Translations under genes and position numbers: made by a program
The notes under the pieces: model-generated
What the model saw: only the letters and a program-made list of their open reading frames with translations
What the model was told of the DNA's origin: nothing
Databases searched by the model: none
Shown: piece by piece, positions 20,772 to 31,041 of the stretch
Layout of the letters: each line of letters opens with the position of its first letter
Position numbering within the stretch: position 1 is the first letter of the stretch
Origin: Candidatus Latescibacterota bacterium
GTDB lineage: Bacteria > Latescibacterota > UBA2968 > GCA-2709665
Direction of reading: 5' to 3'
DNA length: 64,000 nucleotides
Assembly: GCA_965222075.1 (NCBI GenBank)
Contig: OZ244937.1
Coordinates: forward strand, 4,064,001-4,128,000

Positions 20772-21056
20772 CTATTCCCCAGCTTCAATGAAGGCGCCCT
20801 CACCCGCCTCCGTCTCCCAGGCGCTGCGATAGTCCAGCTTGTCCCCACCACACATCAGCAGTTTGCCTCCCGGACGGGGCTTCCTCTGGTTCCTGCAACC
20901 AAACTCGGCCGTACATTCGTCGAAGCGATTCTTATAAGGACACCGCCGGGTGGAAAGTTCATCGGCATGGGCCACCATGCCGGCGAACAAGTCTGTAATC
21001 TTATCCAGCCGCTTTTGATATTCCTCTTTGTCAATTTTTTGCATCGTTGGGCTCAC
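20772..21056 (-). CDS. Small Cys-containing hypothetical protein in the corrinoid operon
   Basis: Overlaps corrinoid gene stop (GTGA); C-x7-C-x4-C...C pattern. Confidence 0.7.
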   Translation of the reverse strand: MSPTMQKIDKEEYQKRLDKITDLFAGMVAHADELSTRRCPYKNRFDECTAEFGCRNQRKPRPGGKLLMCGGDKLDYRSAWETEAGEGAFIEAGE

Positions 21057-21823
21057 GCATTAGATTTGACCTCTTCCTCTTGCTCCTCAAGCAACTGCTT
21101 GGCCAGGGCCACGCACGCCATCGCATCCTTGCCGTACCCGTCCGCGCCCATATCGTCCGCAAACTCCTGCGTTACCGGCGCGCCTCCCACCATAATCTTG
21201 ACATCCTCCCGCATATCCGCATCGATAAACGCCTCGATGGTCCTGCCCATATTGGGCATTGTCGTTGTCAGCAGCGCCGACATCCCCAGCAGGGGCGCCC
21301 CGTGCTCCTCCACCGCATCCATAAACTCGTCCTCCGACGTGTCCACCCCCAGGTCGTGGACGACAAACCCGGTGCCTCGAAGCATCATAATGCAGAGATT
21401 CTTTCCGATATCGTGCAAATCCCCTTTCACCGTGCCCATAATCACCGTACCGATCGGCTCGATGCCCGACGCGGACAGAATCGGTTCAATATACGCCATA
21501 CCGGCCTTCATCGCCCGGGCGCAGGCCAGCACTTCTGGTACAAAAATAAAGTTCTCTCTAAATTTGATTCCGACGATCCCCATTCCCGCAACCAACCCGT
21601 CGTCCATAATTTCCAGCGCTTCGGTGCCCCCCTCTAAGGCCGCTTTGGTCAACCGGTCTACGGTATGGTGTTCTCCGTCGATCAGCGCCGCGCCAATCGC
21701 CTGCATCGCGGGGCTGGCAGTGGCAAATATATTGATCGTCCGCTTCCGCTCGTCCTCCCGCTCGATAAACTCCTCAATCTCATCCCGGATGAATTCATTT
21801 TCGATATCCGTAATTTCCGCCAT
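21053..21823 (-). CDS. Corrinoid (cobalamin-binding) protein
   Basis: B12 cap domain FVPEVL..A.AM; GDLHDIGKN, SALLTTTM, VGGAP. Confidence 0.93.
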   Translation of the reverse strand: MAEITDIENEFIRDEIEEFIEREDERKRTINIFATASPAMQAIGAALIDGEHHTVDRLTKAALEGGTEALEIMDDGLVAGMGIVGIKFRENFIFVPEVLACARAMKAGMAYIEPILSASGIEPIGTVIMGTVKGDLHDIGKNLCIMMLRGTGFVVHDLGVDTSEDEFMDAVEEHGAPLLGMSALLTTTMPNMGRTIEAFIDADMREDVKIMVGGAPVTQEFADDMGADGYGKDAMACVALAKQLLEEQEEEVKSNA

Positions 21824-21843
21824 TCTTTCCCTCGTCATTCTGA

Positions 21844-21876
21844 CCTGCCTGTCGAGCCGAGCTCGGCGCAGGCAGG
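21844..21876. repeat. REP-like hairpin CCTGCCTG..CAGGCAGG
   Basis: CCTGCCTGTCGAGCCGAGCTCGGCGCAGGCAGG; near-identical copy at 24797. Confidence 0.8.
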
Positions 21877-21949
21877 AAACAGACTATCCGTGTTCATTTG
21901 TGTTCATGATCGAATTACTCGCCTTCATCTGTGGTTGTTTTTCCCTGCC

Positions 21950-22996
21950 TCAATTCGCCGCATGCTCCTTATGCCAGCTCCGCACCGCCCTGGGAATCTC
22001 CTTGAGGTTCTCAATCGAGGTCTGCAGCGGAATCGCGCACTCCGGGCCGACAAGCTGCACGCCGGCATCCAAGTTCTTGTAGACCTCCTGCCGGACCTCT
22101 TTCGGCCCTTTTGAAAACAGCGTCTCAGGATTGTTGATATTGCCTACCAGGGAAATCCGCTCCTTCACCACCTGCATGGACTCCTGGGGTTCGTTCTTGG
22201 AGTCATAATGAAACGCCGCCATCCCCGTCTGGGCGATGTACTCCATCCGGTCCACCGTCCGCCCGCAGATATGCAGAATCAGCGGAATCGGAATCCGCTC
22301 CACGAACTCAATGTGCAGGTCGCGTAAATACCGCTTGTAATAGTCGCCGCTCACCAGATCCCCGGTCGCGTGGTCCGGCAGCGTCAGCGCATCGGCGCCC
22401 GCCTCGATCTGCGCCACCCCGAACGCCACGGTCGCTTCCTTCATCTTATCCAGACAGGCCTTTGTCTTGTCCGGATCGTCTAAGGACATCAGCAGGAAAG
22501 GCTCCACTCCGAAACAGTGGTAGCCCAGCGACCAGGGCCCCATCGTCTTTCCAATCACGGCCACCTCATCTCCGAATTCCACCTTGAGCATTTTGATCGC
22601 ATCCAGCACGCATTTCGTATCCTGATGTGTCAGAAGGTCCGGCGGAATCCGGATATCGTCCACATCCTCCCAGATCGGTTCGCGCATCTTCACCGTCGGC
22701 CAGTTGTCCTTCTGTTCCCACTGAATCTTGCACCCCAGCGCCGAAGACTCCTGGATAATCGTAAACACCGGCATAATGGTATCAAACCCCAATTCGGTAT
22801 GTCCGGTAGCCGCTAAGCGGGCCATCAACTCCGGATCCCGATTTGCATCCGGAAACGGCGCATCCACCAAGTCCATGAGTTCCACCGTCGCCACGGACGT
22901 GGGATTGCAAACCGCCGTCCGGTCCACCGGTTCTCTGCTCAGCGCAGCTAAGACGCGTTCTCGGCCGGCCATCGGCTTTACAGGCTGCGTATCCAT
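21950..22996 (-). CDS. MtaA/CmuA-family (URO-D fold) corrinoid methyltransferase
   Basis: LHICG (HxC) and C-terminal GPEC zinc ligands, LVGNI; CAGGAG RBS. Confidence 0.88.
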   Translation of the reverse strand: MDTQPVKPMAGRERVLAALSREPVDRTAVCNPTSVATVELMDLVDAPFPDANRDPELMARLAATGHTELGFDTIMPVFTIIQESSALGCKIQWEQKDNWPTVKMREPIWEDVDDIRIPPDLLTHQDTKCVLDAIKMLKVEFGDEVAVIGKTMGPWSLGYHCFGVEPFLLMSLDDPDKTKACLDKMKEATVAFGVAQIEAGADALTLPDHATGDLVSGDYYKRYLRDLHIEFVERIPIPLILHICGRTVDRMEYIAQTGMAAFHYDSKNEPQESMQVVKERISLVGNINNPETLFSKGPKEVRQEVYKNLDAGVQLVGPECAIPLQTSIENLKEIPRAVRSWHKEHAAN

Positions 22997-23086
22997 AATG
23001 TGATCTCCTGGCCTGAAATCCATGATCCTTACCATGTTGTTTCGCGGCCCCACCCCTCACATCCCAGGGCGCACGGCTGTGCGCCC

Positions 23087-23716
23087 CTACTGTTGCTGGC
23101 TTGGCGCCGCCAGAACACCGCGGGATGCCGTCATCTCTTGCTCCCGAATCGCCGCCCGAACGTTCGGTGCTCGAACCAGCAGCAATCCCACCATCTCATC
23201 GTGGGCGTGCCCGCAGGAAAAGGCGGCCCTGTCCACACTCTGGTCCAGCATCTCTCCAAGCTTGATCAACCCGCCCGTAATCGCCGAAATCCGCCGCTCC
23301 CTGTCCTTCCCGTCTCCTTCGGCGCCCACCTGGTAGCCCCCGTCCCCAAGGCTGGAAACCGTTATCTTCAGCCCGGATTTCTTATCTAAGATCCCCAAGG
23401 GCCGGGCTTCGGCCTCGCTGTCCGGACCCAGCTTGCACGCCTCTAAGAAAACCCGCTTGCAGGCCAGTTCGTGCTCCGCCCCGCAGGGAAACCGGAGCAG
23501 CCCCTCCGGCGTCTGCTCCATCCCGCCCAGCGCCTCCATGGTTTTCACCACAGACGCAATCCGACCCTCAGCCCCTTCCAGATGGCTGTACGTATGGACC
23601 AGGTACGCCGGTCCTCCATCCTGCTCCTGGCGGTAGAGCGCGATCGTAATATCGTGGAAATGCGGGTCCATCGGGACCAGTTCAATCCGTCTGCCGATAT
23701 CAACTGTCTGTCCCAT
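23087..23716 (-). CDS. Hypothetical protein, first gene of the corrinoid operon
   Basis: GAGGA RBS; two similar halves each ending in F.CG..H. Confidence 0.7.
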   Translation of the reverse strand: MGQTVDIGRRIELVPMDPHFHDITIALYRQEQDGGPAYLVHTYSHLEGAEGRIASVVKTMEALGGMEQTPEGLLRFPCGAEHELACKRVFLEACKLGPDSEAEARPLGILDKKSGLKITVSSLGDGGYQVGAEGDGKDRERRISAITGGLIKLGEMLDQSVDRAAFSCGHAHDEMVGLLLVRAPNVRAAIREQEMTASRGVLAAPSQQQ

Positions 23717-23814
23717 AACGCGATCCTCTGATAACACTTCCTGCTGACAGCGTGCCTATATTTTTCTTGACAGCACGGAACCAAGTCCGCTATTTTTAGT
23801 CAACATTGTGCTGA

Positions 23815-23867
23815 TGGTCTGACCAATTTTAACAATAAAGATTAACCCAAAACCGGGGAATTGTAAA
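23815..23867 (-). promoter_or_regulatory. FadR-type operator TGGTCTGACCA just downstream of a sigma70-like promoter for the corrinoid operon
   Basis: Palindrome at 23815-23825 fits the FadR-subfamily consensus TGGTCNGACCA; minus strand reads TTTACA-17-TAATCT upstream. Confidence 0.7.
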
Positions 23868-23961
23868 GCGAAATTTCAGGGTTTGAATTGAAAATTTGAG
23901 CTTCTCAACAGAAATCATACATATATAACTGAAAAATAGAAACTTATGTGAGGAATTCTAA

Positions 23962-24738
23962 ATGGCTCTCAACACGCAAAAACAGAAAAACCCGGCATTC
24001 GAAGAGATGAAGCCGGTCACACGAACCTCGCTCAGCGACGAGATCGTTGCCCAGATCGTCGACCTGATCTCCCGGGATGTGCTCAAACCGGGAGACCGGC
24101 TGCCGCCCGAAAGAGAACTCTGCAAACAATTCGATGTGGGCCGCACCTCCCTGCGGGAAGCGCTCCGTTCCCTCGCCGTCATGGGCATCCTGGAAGGCCG
24201 GGTCGGCGAAGGCACCTTTGTAAGCAACAACAGCAGCAAATACCTGGAAAAATCCCTGCAATGGGGCCTGCTGTTGGACACAAAAAAAGTCCAGGACCTC
24301 ATCGAAACCCGCCTCATGCTGGAATCCCAGACCGCGTTTCTGGCCGCACAGCGGGCCACAAAAGAAAACCTCCGGGAAATCCAGCAGACCATCCGGGGAA
24401 TCGAAGCCTCTCTCGATCAACCCAAGAAATTCCTGGAATATGACTTACGGTTCCACCTGACCATCGCCCGGTCCACGCAGAATTCGATCCTCTACAACCT
24501 CCTCAGCATGATCCGCAGTTATCTCCAGGAGTGGATCAAGAACAGCCTGGAAGAACCCTCAACGCATACAATGGAAATACGCGCCCGAATGTCTCTGGAC
24601 GAACACAAAAAAATCCTGCAATCCCTCCAAGCCCGTGATGCCGAAGGCGCACGGCAGGCCATGAATGAACATATTCTCTCCAGCAGCGTTGACCTTCAGA
24701 CGCAGATCACAGAAAACGCCGGAGACGATCCGGAGTGA
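23962..24738 (+). CDS. FadR/GntR family transcriptional regulator
   Basis: LKPGDRLPPERELCKQFDVGRTSLREAL wHTH; FCD domain DLRFH. Confidence 0.93.
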   Translation: MALNTQKQKNPAFEEMKPVTRTSLSDEIVAQIVDLISRDVLKPGDRLPPERELCKQFDVGRTSLREALRSLAVMGILEGRVGEGTFVSNNSSKYLEKSLQWGLLLDTKKVQDLIETRLMLESQTAFLAAQRATKENLREIQQTIRGIEASLDQPKKFLEYDLRFHLTIARSTQNSILYNLLSMIRSYLQEWIKNSLEEPSTHTMEIRARMSLDEHKKILQSLQARDAEGARQAMNEHILSSSVDLQTQITENAGDDPE

Positions 24739-24796
24739 AAAGACGGATCGGGTATGCCAGAACCCTGACCGGTCCCACCATTAGGCACACGCGTCG

Positions 24797-24829
24797 CCTG
24801 CCTGTCGAGCAGAACTCGGCGCAGGCAGG
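24797..24829. repeat. REP-like hairpin CCTGCCTG..CAGGCAGG
   Basis: CCTGCCTGTCGAGCAGAACTCGGCGCAGGCAGG between convergent genes. Confidence 0.8.
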
Positions 24830-24845
24830 GCATCCGGCGCAGGTG

Positions 24846-25706
24846 TTACCTCCCATCCAGCGCATACTGCTCCACCACCCTCGAAAATCCTTCCGCCTCA
24901 AACGGCGGCGCCATCTCAAGCCCGGCATCCGCTGCCAGCCGCTTCGTCTGCTCGTCCGCACTCTCCACCAGCACCCCCACGCCTGCCTCCCGCAGCATCG
25001 GCAGATCGTTATCTCCATCTCCCACCGCCAGCGTCTCGGCAAGCGACACCCCGCACGTCTCGCAAATCGTCCGAAGTGCCCCACCTTTGTTCACCTCCGG
25101 GTGCATCACCTCCACACGATCGTCGCCGGTTCGTGCGAGATAGAGCCGCTGCCCGAAAACCTCTTGCATCTCTTCCAGCACCACATCCCGCCGCTCCGGC
25201 CCGGGCATCACAATAAGCTTGGGAGGCGGTCCCAGTTCCCCCACCCGGATCCGGGAAAGCAGATTACCGTCGATAACAAACCGCACCCCGGTCAACGCCA
25301 CCAGCCCCTGTACCGATGCCGTCTCCCGGTCCGTCATATAGTCCTCCTGCACGCCCCCTCCTCCGACCTCACACCGGCAGTAAACAAAATTCAACCCACG
25401 CTCGCCGATATAATCCACCACCTCTTGAAAAACCGACAACCGCTGTTCGTGCAAAAGCCGTCTCGACCCATCCACCGCCGGGCCAAGCACCACCGCCCCG
25501 TTATAACTCCCAATGTACATCGCCGCCGCCAGTTCCGGCACTCCGGCAAACGGCGCCTGGCTCTTTTCCATATTCCGCCCGCTGATTGACGCAACAGCGG
25601 TCCCCCGCTCCACAAGCGCCCGAATCGCCTCGACAGACGCCTCCGAAGCCTGCCCCATCCCGCTCAACACCGTACCGTCCAGGTCGAACGCCACCAGCCG
25701 GATCAT
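24846..25706 (-). CDS. Cof-type HAD-IIB hydrolase
   Basis: DLDGT, SGR, NKG, GDGDNDLPM motifs. Confidence 0.92.
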   Translation of the reverse strand: MIRLVAFDLDGTVLSGMGQASEASVEAIRALVERGTAVASISGRNMEKSQAPFAGVPELAAAMYIGSYNGAVVLGPAVDGSRRLLHEQRLSVFQEVVDYIGERGLNFVYCRCEVGGGGVQEDYMTDRETASVQGLVALTGVRFVIDGNLLSRIRVGELGPPPKLIVMPGPERRDVVLEEMQEVFGQRLYLARTGDDRVEVMHPEVNKGGALRTICETCGVSLAETLAVGDGDNDLPMLREAGVGVLVESADEQTKRLAADAGLEMAPPFEAEGFSRVVEQYALDGR

Positions 25707-25776
25707 ATCCAGAACCCCGAAAATTTCGGATTGTGGAACGGGAGTTTTAAATTCGAAATTCTCAATCTGACGGCCT

Positions 25777-26820
25777 CTAATCCACCAGCGGCAGCGTCAC
25801 TGTTGCGCCCCGCTCCACCGACCGGAACACCGCCTCGGTGAACTCCATATATTTCACCCCCGCCTCAAAGCTCGTGTCGCCCTGCGGCCCCCCCTGGACC
25901 GCGCTGACAAAATCCTGCTCCACAGTCCACTCCCGCGCCTCATCCTCCGGAATCGGGAGCTCCGACAGCCCCTTATCCCCGGCTTTTCCGCCCAGAATCG
26001 TATCGCTGTCCAGCTTGTAAATCAGCGTCCCCTCGCTCCCGTAGAGTTCCACCTGGGAATCGGTACCAAATCGTGCCACACTCGAAAAGAGAAGCCCTGC
26101 CGTCGCCCCGTTCTCCATCCGGCCCAGAACACTCACCGTATCGGGCCGTTCCACCGGTCCTTTTCCCACTCCACCGGACAGGGAGCGCTCCTTGATAAAC
26201 GTCTCCGTCTGCGCCGAAATCGTCTTCATATATCCCGCCCAGCGATGGATTGTCTCCACCAGAATCCCCATATTCAGCGCATTCACCCCCGAATATCGAT
26301 CAATTTGGCGCCAGTGCAACGGTTCATCCGGATCGCAGTTACCGCCGTTGAAAGACCGGCTGTACACATTGTAAATCTCTCCCAGGTACCCCTCCCGGAC
26401 CAGCCGCTGCACAAACCAGTCTCCCTTCATCCCTATCGGCGAGGGGCAGATCTGCGTCACCAGCCCGGTCTCCTGCGCCTTCGCATACATCGCCTTCGCC
26501 TCCCGCAGGTTCATCGCCATCCGCGCCTGCACGAACGTATGCTTCCCCGCATCCAAGGACGCCAGCACAAACGGACGGTGCTTGTAGGGCCACGTCCCGA
26601 TCATCACCGCATCGATATCCTCCCGGGCAATCAGCGCGTGCGGGTCCGTCATAATATCCGGACGCAATCCGAACTCCCTGGCAATCTTCCTCCCGCTCTC
26701 CTCGCTCCGGTTGCAGACCGCCGCCACCTTCGCGTCCTCAATCTTTGCCAGCCCGGGAAAATGCCGGCTCCGAAAAATTCCTCCTGCTCCGATGATACCA
26801 ATACGAACCTTGTCAGACAT
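25777..26820 (-). CDS. Gfo/Idh/MocA family oxidoreductase
   Basis: IGIIGAGGI Rossmann fold, IDAVMIGT, AGKHTFVQARMA. Confidence 0.9.
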   Translation of the reverse strand: MSDKVRIGIIGAGGIFRSRHFPGLAKIEDAKVAAVCNRSEESGRKIAREFGLRPDIMTDPHALIAREDIDAVMIGTWPYKHRPFVLASLDAGKHTFVQARMAMNLREAKAMYAKAQETGLVTQICPSPIGMKGDWFVQRLVREGYLGEIYNVYSRSFNGGNCDPDEPLHWRQIDRYSGVNALNMGILVETIHRWAGYMKTISAQTETFIKERSLSGGVGKGPVERPDTVSVLGRMENGATAGLLFSSVARFGTDSQVELYGSEGTLIYKLDSDTILGGKAGDKGLSELPIPEDEAREWTVEQDFVSAVQGGPQGDTSFEAGVKYMEFTEAVFRSVERGATVTLPLVD

Positions 26821-26838
26821 AACGCTCTCCCTTCTGTC

Positions 26839-28113
26839 TCAATCATTGTACAATCGGTCCAGCAGTCCTGCTGCCGTCTTCACAATCTGCTCTCCCACCC
26901 CCGGGCGGAAAACGCTCGCCTCGGCTTCGTACCCTCCCTCTTCAAAGGCCTTCCGGCCGGGCAAATAGCCCACGCTGTCATTGGCCAGTTCCAGCACCAT
27001 CGTCTGCCCAAACGGCGACCGCTCTTTGATCTCCAGCCCCAATTCCACCAAGAGTTCCCCCGGCGCCGTCACCAGGGCCAGGTTCCCCACCCGCAGGGCT
27101 TGAACCCAGGTCGGCGCCTCTTCCGGCACCTCATGAATCCGCTCCAGATTCCGCCGGGAAAACGCCCGCTCGCCCATTGTCCCCTTGCCCTGCTGCTGAA
27201 TCTCCCGGGCGTGGGCCAGGTCCGCTTCCGACGGGGCCTCCCGCCGCTTCAGCACCACCTCTTCCATTGCCGCTCCCAGGGGCGCATCGTCTGTAAACGC
27301 CATCTCATTCCATGCCCAGAAGACATCCGCAGCCACCAGCGCGGCCACCCGTTCCGTGTGCTGGTACCGGTCGTTTTTCGGCCGGACGCCGCCCATCACA
27401 TCGTGGTTGTTGATATCTCCGCATGCCCCGTTGGAAAGCGCCGCGACAAACCGCTCGCCCCGCATCCCCTGGATCAAGGCTGAAAAAAACCCGAAATAGT
27501 CCGCCGAAATCGCCCGTTCGTGGTCTCCGCCCCCCACGTAGTGGAGGCTGTAATTGGCCAGCAATCCGATCGTCTCACCCCCGGTCCGGCGCAGGCAAAG
27601 CGCCCCCACCTCCGGATCGACCGGACCTGCAGGTTCCACCACGTCCGGGTTCTCCAGGCCCGGATTTGTCCGCACAGACCCGTCCCTCATCCGGTAGCGG
27701 CGGTTGAACACCACCCGGTCTTGGTCCCGGCGCCCCCAGCCGACCTGGGCCGGCTGCCGTCCCTCCCACGCCAGCCGGACCGCATCCGCAATCCGCCCGA
27801 TCAGAAATTCCGTATACGCGTCCTCTCCCGTCTGGGCCCCCGTATGCGTGTGGGTGCAGCAGATCAACACCCGCTCAGGCGCAAGTCCCACAGCCTCCGC
27901 AATCTGCGCCTTCGCCCGGTCTAAGTAGACCCGTTTCACCCCGATCAGATCGCACACCACAACCGCGATCCCTTCGCCTTCCCGTTCCAGCACAAAACTC
28001 CGCACCTGCAGCGGATCGTGGACCACCTCTGCCCGCCGTTCGTGGAACAGCCCCGGGATCAACGTCCCCAGAGGCGGCGTAATATCCAGACAATACGCAC
28101 CGGCTTTTAGCAT
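26839..28113 (-). CDS. Neutral/alkaline ceramidase-like hydrolase (paralog of 17660-18991)
   Basis: CTHTHTG, FNRR, GPVDP, SADY, GACGDIN, ELAN..GY; GGAGG RBS. Confidence 0.75.
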   Translation of the reverse strand: MLKAGAYCLDITPPLGTLIPGLFHERRAEVVHDPLQVRSFVLEREGEGIAVVVCDLIGVKRVYLDRAKAQIAEAVGLAPERVLICCTHTHTGAQTGEDAYTEFLIGRIADAVRLAWEGRQPAQVGWGRRDQDRVVFNRRYRMRDGSVRTNPGLENPDVVEPAGPVDPEVGALCLRRTGGETIGLLANYSLHYVGGGDHERAISADYFGFFSALIQGMRGERFVAALSNGACGDINNHDVMGGVRPKNDRYQHTERVAALVAADVFWAWNEMAFTDDAPLGAAMEEVVLKRREAPSEADLAHAREIQQQGKGTMGERAFSRRNLERIHEVPEEAPTWVQALRVGNLALVTAPGELLVELGLEIKERSPFGQTMVLELANDSVGYLPGRKAFEEGGYEAEASVFRPGVGEQIVKTAAGLLDRLYND

Positions 28114-28200
28114 AGGGCCTCCTCCTTCTGCGGCCAATCGGCGTCCGTTATACCGGTGTTGTCCCACTCCGGGGTAACGCGTAGGGACTGACCCCCGACC

Positions 28201-29202
28201 TTACGGATTGGTGATATCCTCATACCCCGTCAAATGGTAATCATACTCCAGATAATCCAGCAGCCGACAGAGGCTTCGGAAGGCCACCCCGAAACCGTCC
28301 ACACCGCTCACACCGCCAAACTGCCCGCCCCCCTTTACGTGGGGCTCTAAGTCCACAAAAACTCCGGGCACCCCCAGAGGGGAAAGTCGCTTCTGAATCT
28401 CCGGCACCAGTTCCCGGAAATCGCGCAGCACCAGCTCGTGTCCGGCATCGCCCCGATCTACGGGAATAAACCGGGTCAGCCCCCGATTCTCGGCGGCGTT
28501 CAGCATCGCCTGGTTCGCCGGATTGTTGAACCCTTTGATGTGAATCCAGCCCACGCCTGGTTTCATTTTGACGTAATGCTCATAAACGCTGTCCGGGCTG
28601 TGCCCTTTGGCCTCCATGTTTCCCACATCCGGAATGATGCAGACATAGGGACTGTTGATCTTCTCGTACAGGGCGATCAGCGTCTCCCCGTCTCCCCCCA
28701 CCAGATCCCCTTCGACCTCTAAGCCGTAAATCACTTCGGCCTTAGCGCAGGCCTCAACGATCTGCGCGAGTTGCTCGGCGGCCCGGTCCAGGTACTCCCA
28801 CGGGTCTTCACCGTGCGGATGGTAATAACTGAACCCGCGGATCAGTTTGGTATCGAACACATGGGCCAGCTCAATCGCCCGCTGCACATCTTTCTCTAAG
28901 TAGTCTTCCAGAGGAACGTAGCGGTTCTGTGTGCCGTCCTCCTGGTCGATCAGCTTCACTTTGCCCAGCGGAGACCCGATGCTGGAGATCGAAATGCCGA
29001 ACTCGCGGTGCATGTCCTTGAGTCGCTCGATCTCCTCCTCGGTCAGCTCCATCACATTCTTTACCCCGCCGCCTATGTCGATAAACCGGATTGTATAATA
29101 GGAAAGCCCCAGCGCCCGCATCATCGTCAACTGCTCTTCGGCCCGTTTGCTCACCGGCCCTTCGTCTGCAAACCCGGAAAGAATCACCTCGGGATTGGCC
29201 AT
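28201..29202 (-). CDS. Sugar phosphate isomerase/epimerase (xylose-isomerase-like TIM barrel)
   Basis: SGFADE, IGSPLGK, LEVE, DVGN, HIK, LEPH; AGGAGG RBS. Confidence 0.85.
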   Translation of the reverse strand: MANPEVILSGFADEGPVSKRAEEQLTMMRALGLSYYTIRFIDIGGGVKNVMELTEEEIERLKDMHREFGISISSIGSPLGKVKLIDQEDGTQNRYVPLEDYLEKDVQRAIELAHVFDTKLIRGFSYYHPHGEDPWEYLDRAAEQLAQIVEACAKAEVIYGLEVEGDLVGGDGETLIALYEKINSPYVCIIPDVGNMEAKGHSPDSVYEHYVKMKPGVGWIHIKGFNNPANQAMLNAAENRGLTRFIPVDRGDAGHELVLRDFRELVPEIQKRLSPLGVPGVFVDLEPHVKGGGQFGGVSGVDGFGVAFRSLCRLLDYLEYDYHLTGYEDITNP

Positions 29203-29221
29203 CAAACACCTCCTGAATCCA

Positions 29222-29714
29222 TAAGAAACTGCTTGGAAAATAACCTTTCGGTAGATACTCAGGTCCAACTGTTCTTTTGCTCTTGGCCTTTTTCTTGCAC
29301 GCCCAAGAAAAAGGCCCAAAAAGAAGGGCGCCGCTCAAGCGCCGCGGGGGCTGCTTTTCCGCGAATTGCCCCTGGGGTCGATATGTGCGTTTGTGCCCTG
29401 CGAGCGTTTAGGGATTCACGCGGCGAAGGCGCTGGAGGGAACCGCGCGGAAAAGCCCCTTCCCCCCGCACCGAACGCGCGGGAGGCGAAACGCGTGAGAG
29501 GGCGTGTACGGATTACAGCACAAGTCTGTCAACGCAACTATTTTCATCATAATGGACGCCTCAGCGAGGCATGATAACTGTCTTAAAACCCATGTCGGGC
29601 CGCTTTGCGGGCCTGTCGAGTTCCCGGCGTCAATTTCGAGGACGAGACGCCCTCGTTCCCAGATTCTTTGATCTGCTTGAGGGACCAAACCCGGAATTTT
29701 AAGACGGCTTCTAA
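29222..29714. mobile_element. Non-autonomous MITE-like mosaic element, copy A
   Basis: Ends TAAGAAACTGCTTGGAAAA / TTTTAAGACGGCTTCTAA; first ~330 bp nearly identical to copy D. Confidence 0.75.
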
Positions 29715-29730
29715 CTTTGAACTTTGAACC

Positions 29731-30450
29731 TTATGTCACCAGTTCCACCGGCAGATGCTCCAACCGGTTCGTATAACCAACCACAGTATGTCCATCCTCG
29801 TGGAAATCGAGACGGCTGATTGACGTATTCTGGTGGGCAAAATATATACCGTCCATCCTCCGGCCGTTGACAAGCGCCTGGATGAGGTGGTTGCCAAACC
29901 CCCCGTGGCTCACCATCACAATCCGCTCGTCCGTCCCTGCAAACCGCTCACGCAGCTGGGCGGCCACCCGGGCGGCCCGATCCAGCCACTCCGCCTCGGT
30001 CTCCTGCGGGCGGTTCCACCATCCCGGTTCCGTCATCTGGTCGGGCAGAATATAATTCGGAAATCGCGCCTCGGCCTCGGCCTGTGTGAGACCGGGGTAT
30101 CCCACAGGCCCTCTCCCATCGTCGTGGTCCAGCCAGATCCCCCCCTGCTCATGAATGTCGATCCACACCTCCGGACGGATGCCCAGCGCCTTTCCGATCG
30201 GCGCGGCTGTCTGCATGGTCCGCAGCATCGCACTGCAAAAAACCCGGGTAATCCTGTACCCGGACCGATTCTGAAACGCCCCTGCCAGGGTCACCTGTTC
30301 CGGCTCGGCGGAGGCCTCTTTCAGGTGTTTTCCAACCCGCTCCGCCTGCGCCTCCCCTTTCTCTGTCAACGGCGGATCGCACACCCGCTGAGTCACATCC
30401 TCAAGCGCGTTGTTAAAAGATTCCCCGTGTCGGATTAGATAAAGTTCCAT
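29731..30450 (-). CDS. Histidine phosphatase family protein
   Basis: LIRHGES, SAMLRT, VSHGG motifs. Confidence 0.92.
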   Translation of the reverse strand: MELYLIRHGESFNNALEDVTQRVCDPPLTEKGEAQAERVGKHLKEASAEPEQVTLAGAFQNRSGYRITRVFCSAMLRTMQTAAPIGKALGIRPEVWIDIHEQGGIWLDHDDGRGPVGYPGLTQAEAEARFPNYILPDQMTEPGWWNRPQETEAEWLDRAARVAAQLRERFAGTDERIVMVSHGGFGNHLIQALVNGRRMDGIYFAHQNTSISRLDFHEDGHTVVGYTNRLEHLPVELVT

Positions 30451-30634
30451 ACCCCTCTCTATCGTAAAATGGCCCATCGAACGAATGTCAGCGGTGGTAA
30501 AAAGGCCAGATCAACATAGCACATTGCCAAAAAAAACATAACATCGAACAAAGGCGTAGCGCATTAAAACAACCCGGTACGAGAAAGCAGCGGATCGCCC
30601 AATCCCCGGCCCCCCTTGGAAGGGGAGCCGGGGG

Positions 30635-31027
30635 TTAGGTCACCAGATCGAACGTCACCGCGTCGCTGAACCCCTCCAGGCTCGGCGTTGCCGGAAAGCT
30701 CAAAGTCAAAGAGACGTGCCTCTTCGCGCCTGGCGCCATATTCCCCTCCAGCCTCGTGGAGGCCGATCCGTAAATCTTCCCCTGCCCGTCCAGAAGGGAC
30801 CAGGTGATGGTAAAAGGCACAGTAATGGTCAGGTCCCCTACATTGATGACATCCACCTCCACCTCCAGCGCGATAATCCGGGAGGGATTGGCAGGGTCCT
30901 GAATCGGCCGCTTGATCCGGTTGGACAGAGACAGCATATTGGACAGTTCCCTGTTGTCCGGCTCCATCGGATTGGACCCGCAGCCGCAAAGCACCAGCGC
31001 AATCGCCAAAAGCATCCTCACCACCAT
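30635..31027 (-). CDS. Hypothetical lipoprotein (beta-rich)
   Basis: MVVRMLLAIALVLCGC lipobox; GAGGGG RBS. Confidence 0.7.
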   Translation of the reverse strand: MVVRMLLAIALVLCGCGSNPMEPDNRELSNMLSLSNRIKRPIQDPANPSRIIALEVEVDVINVGDLTITVPFTITWSLLDGQGKIYGSASTRLEGNMAPGAKRHVSLTLSFPATPSLEGFSDAVTFDLVT

Positions 31028-31041
31028 ATTGACCCCTCTGT

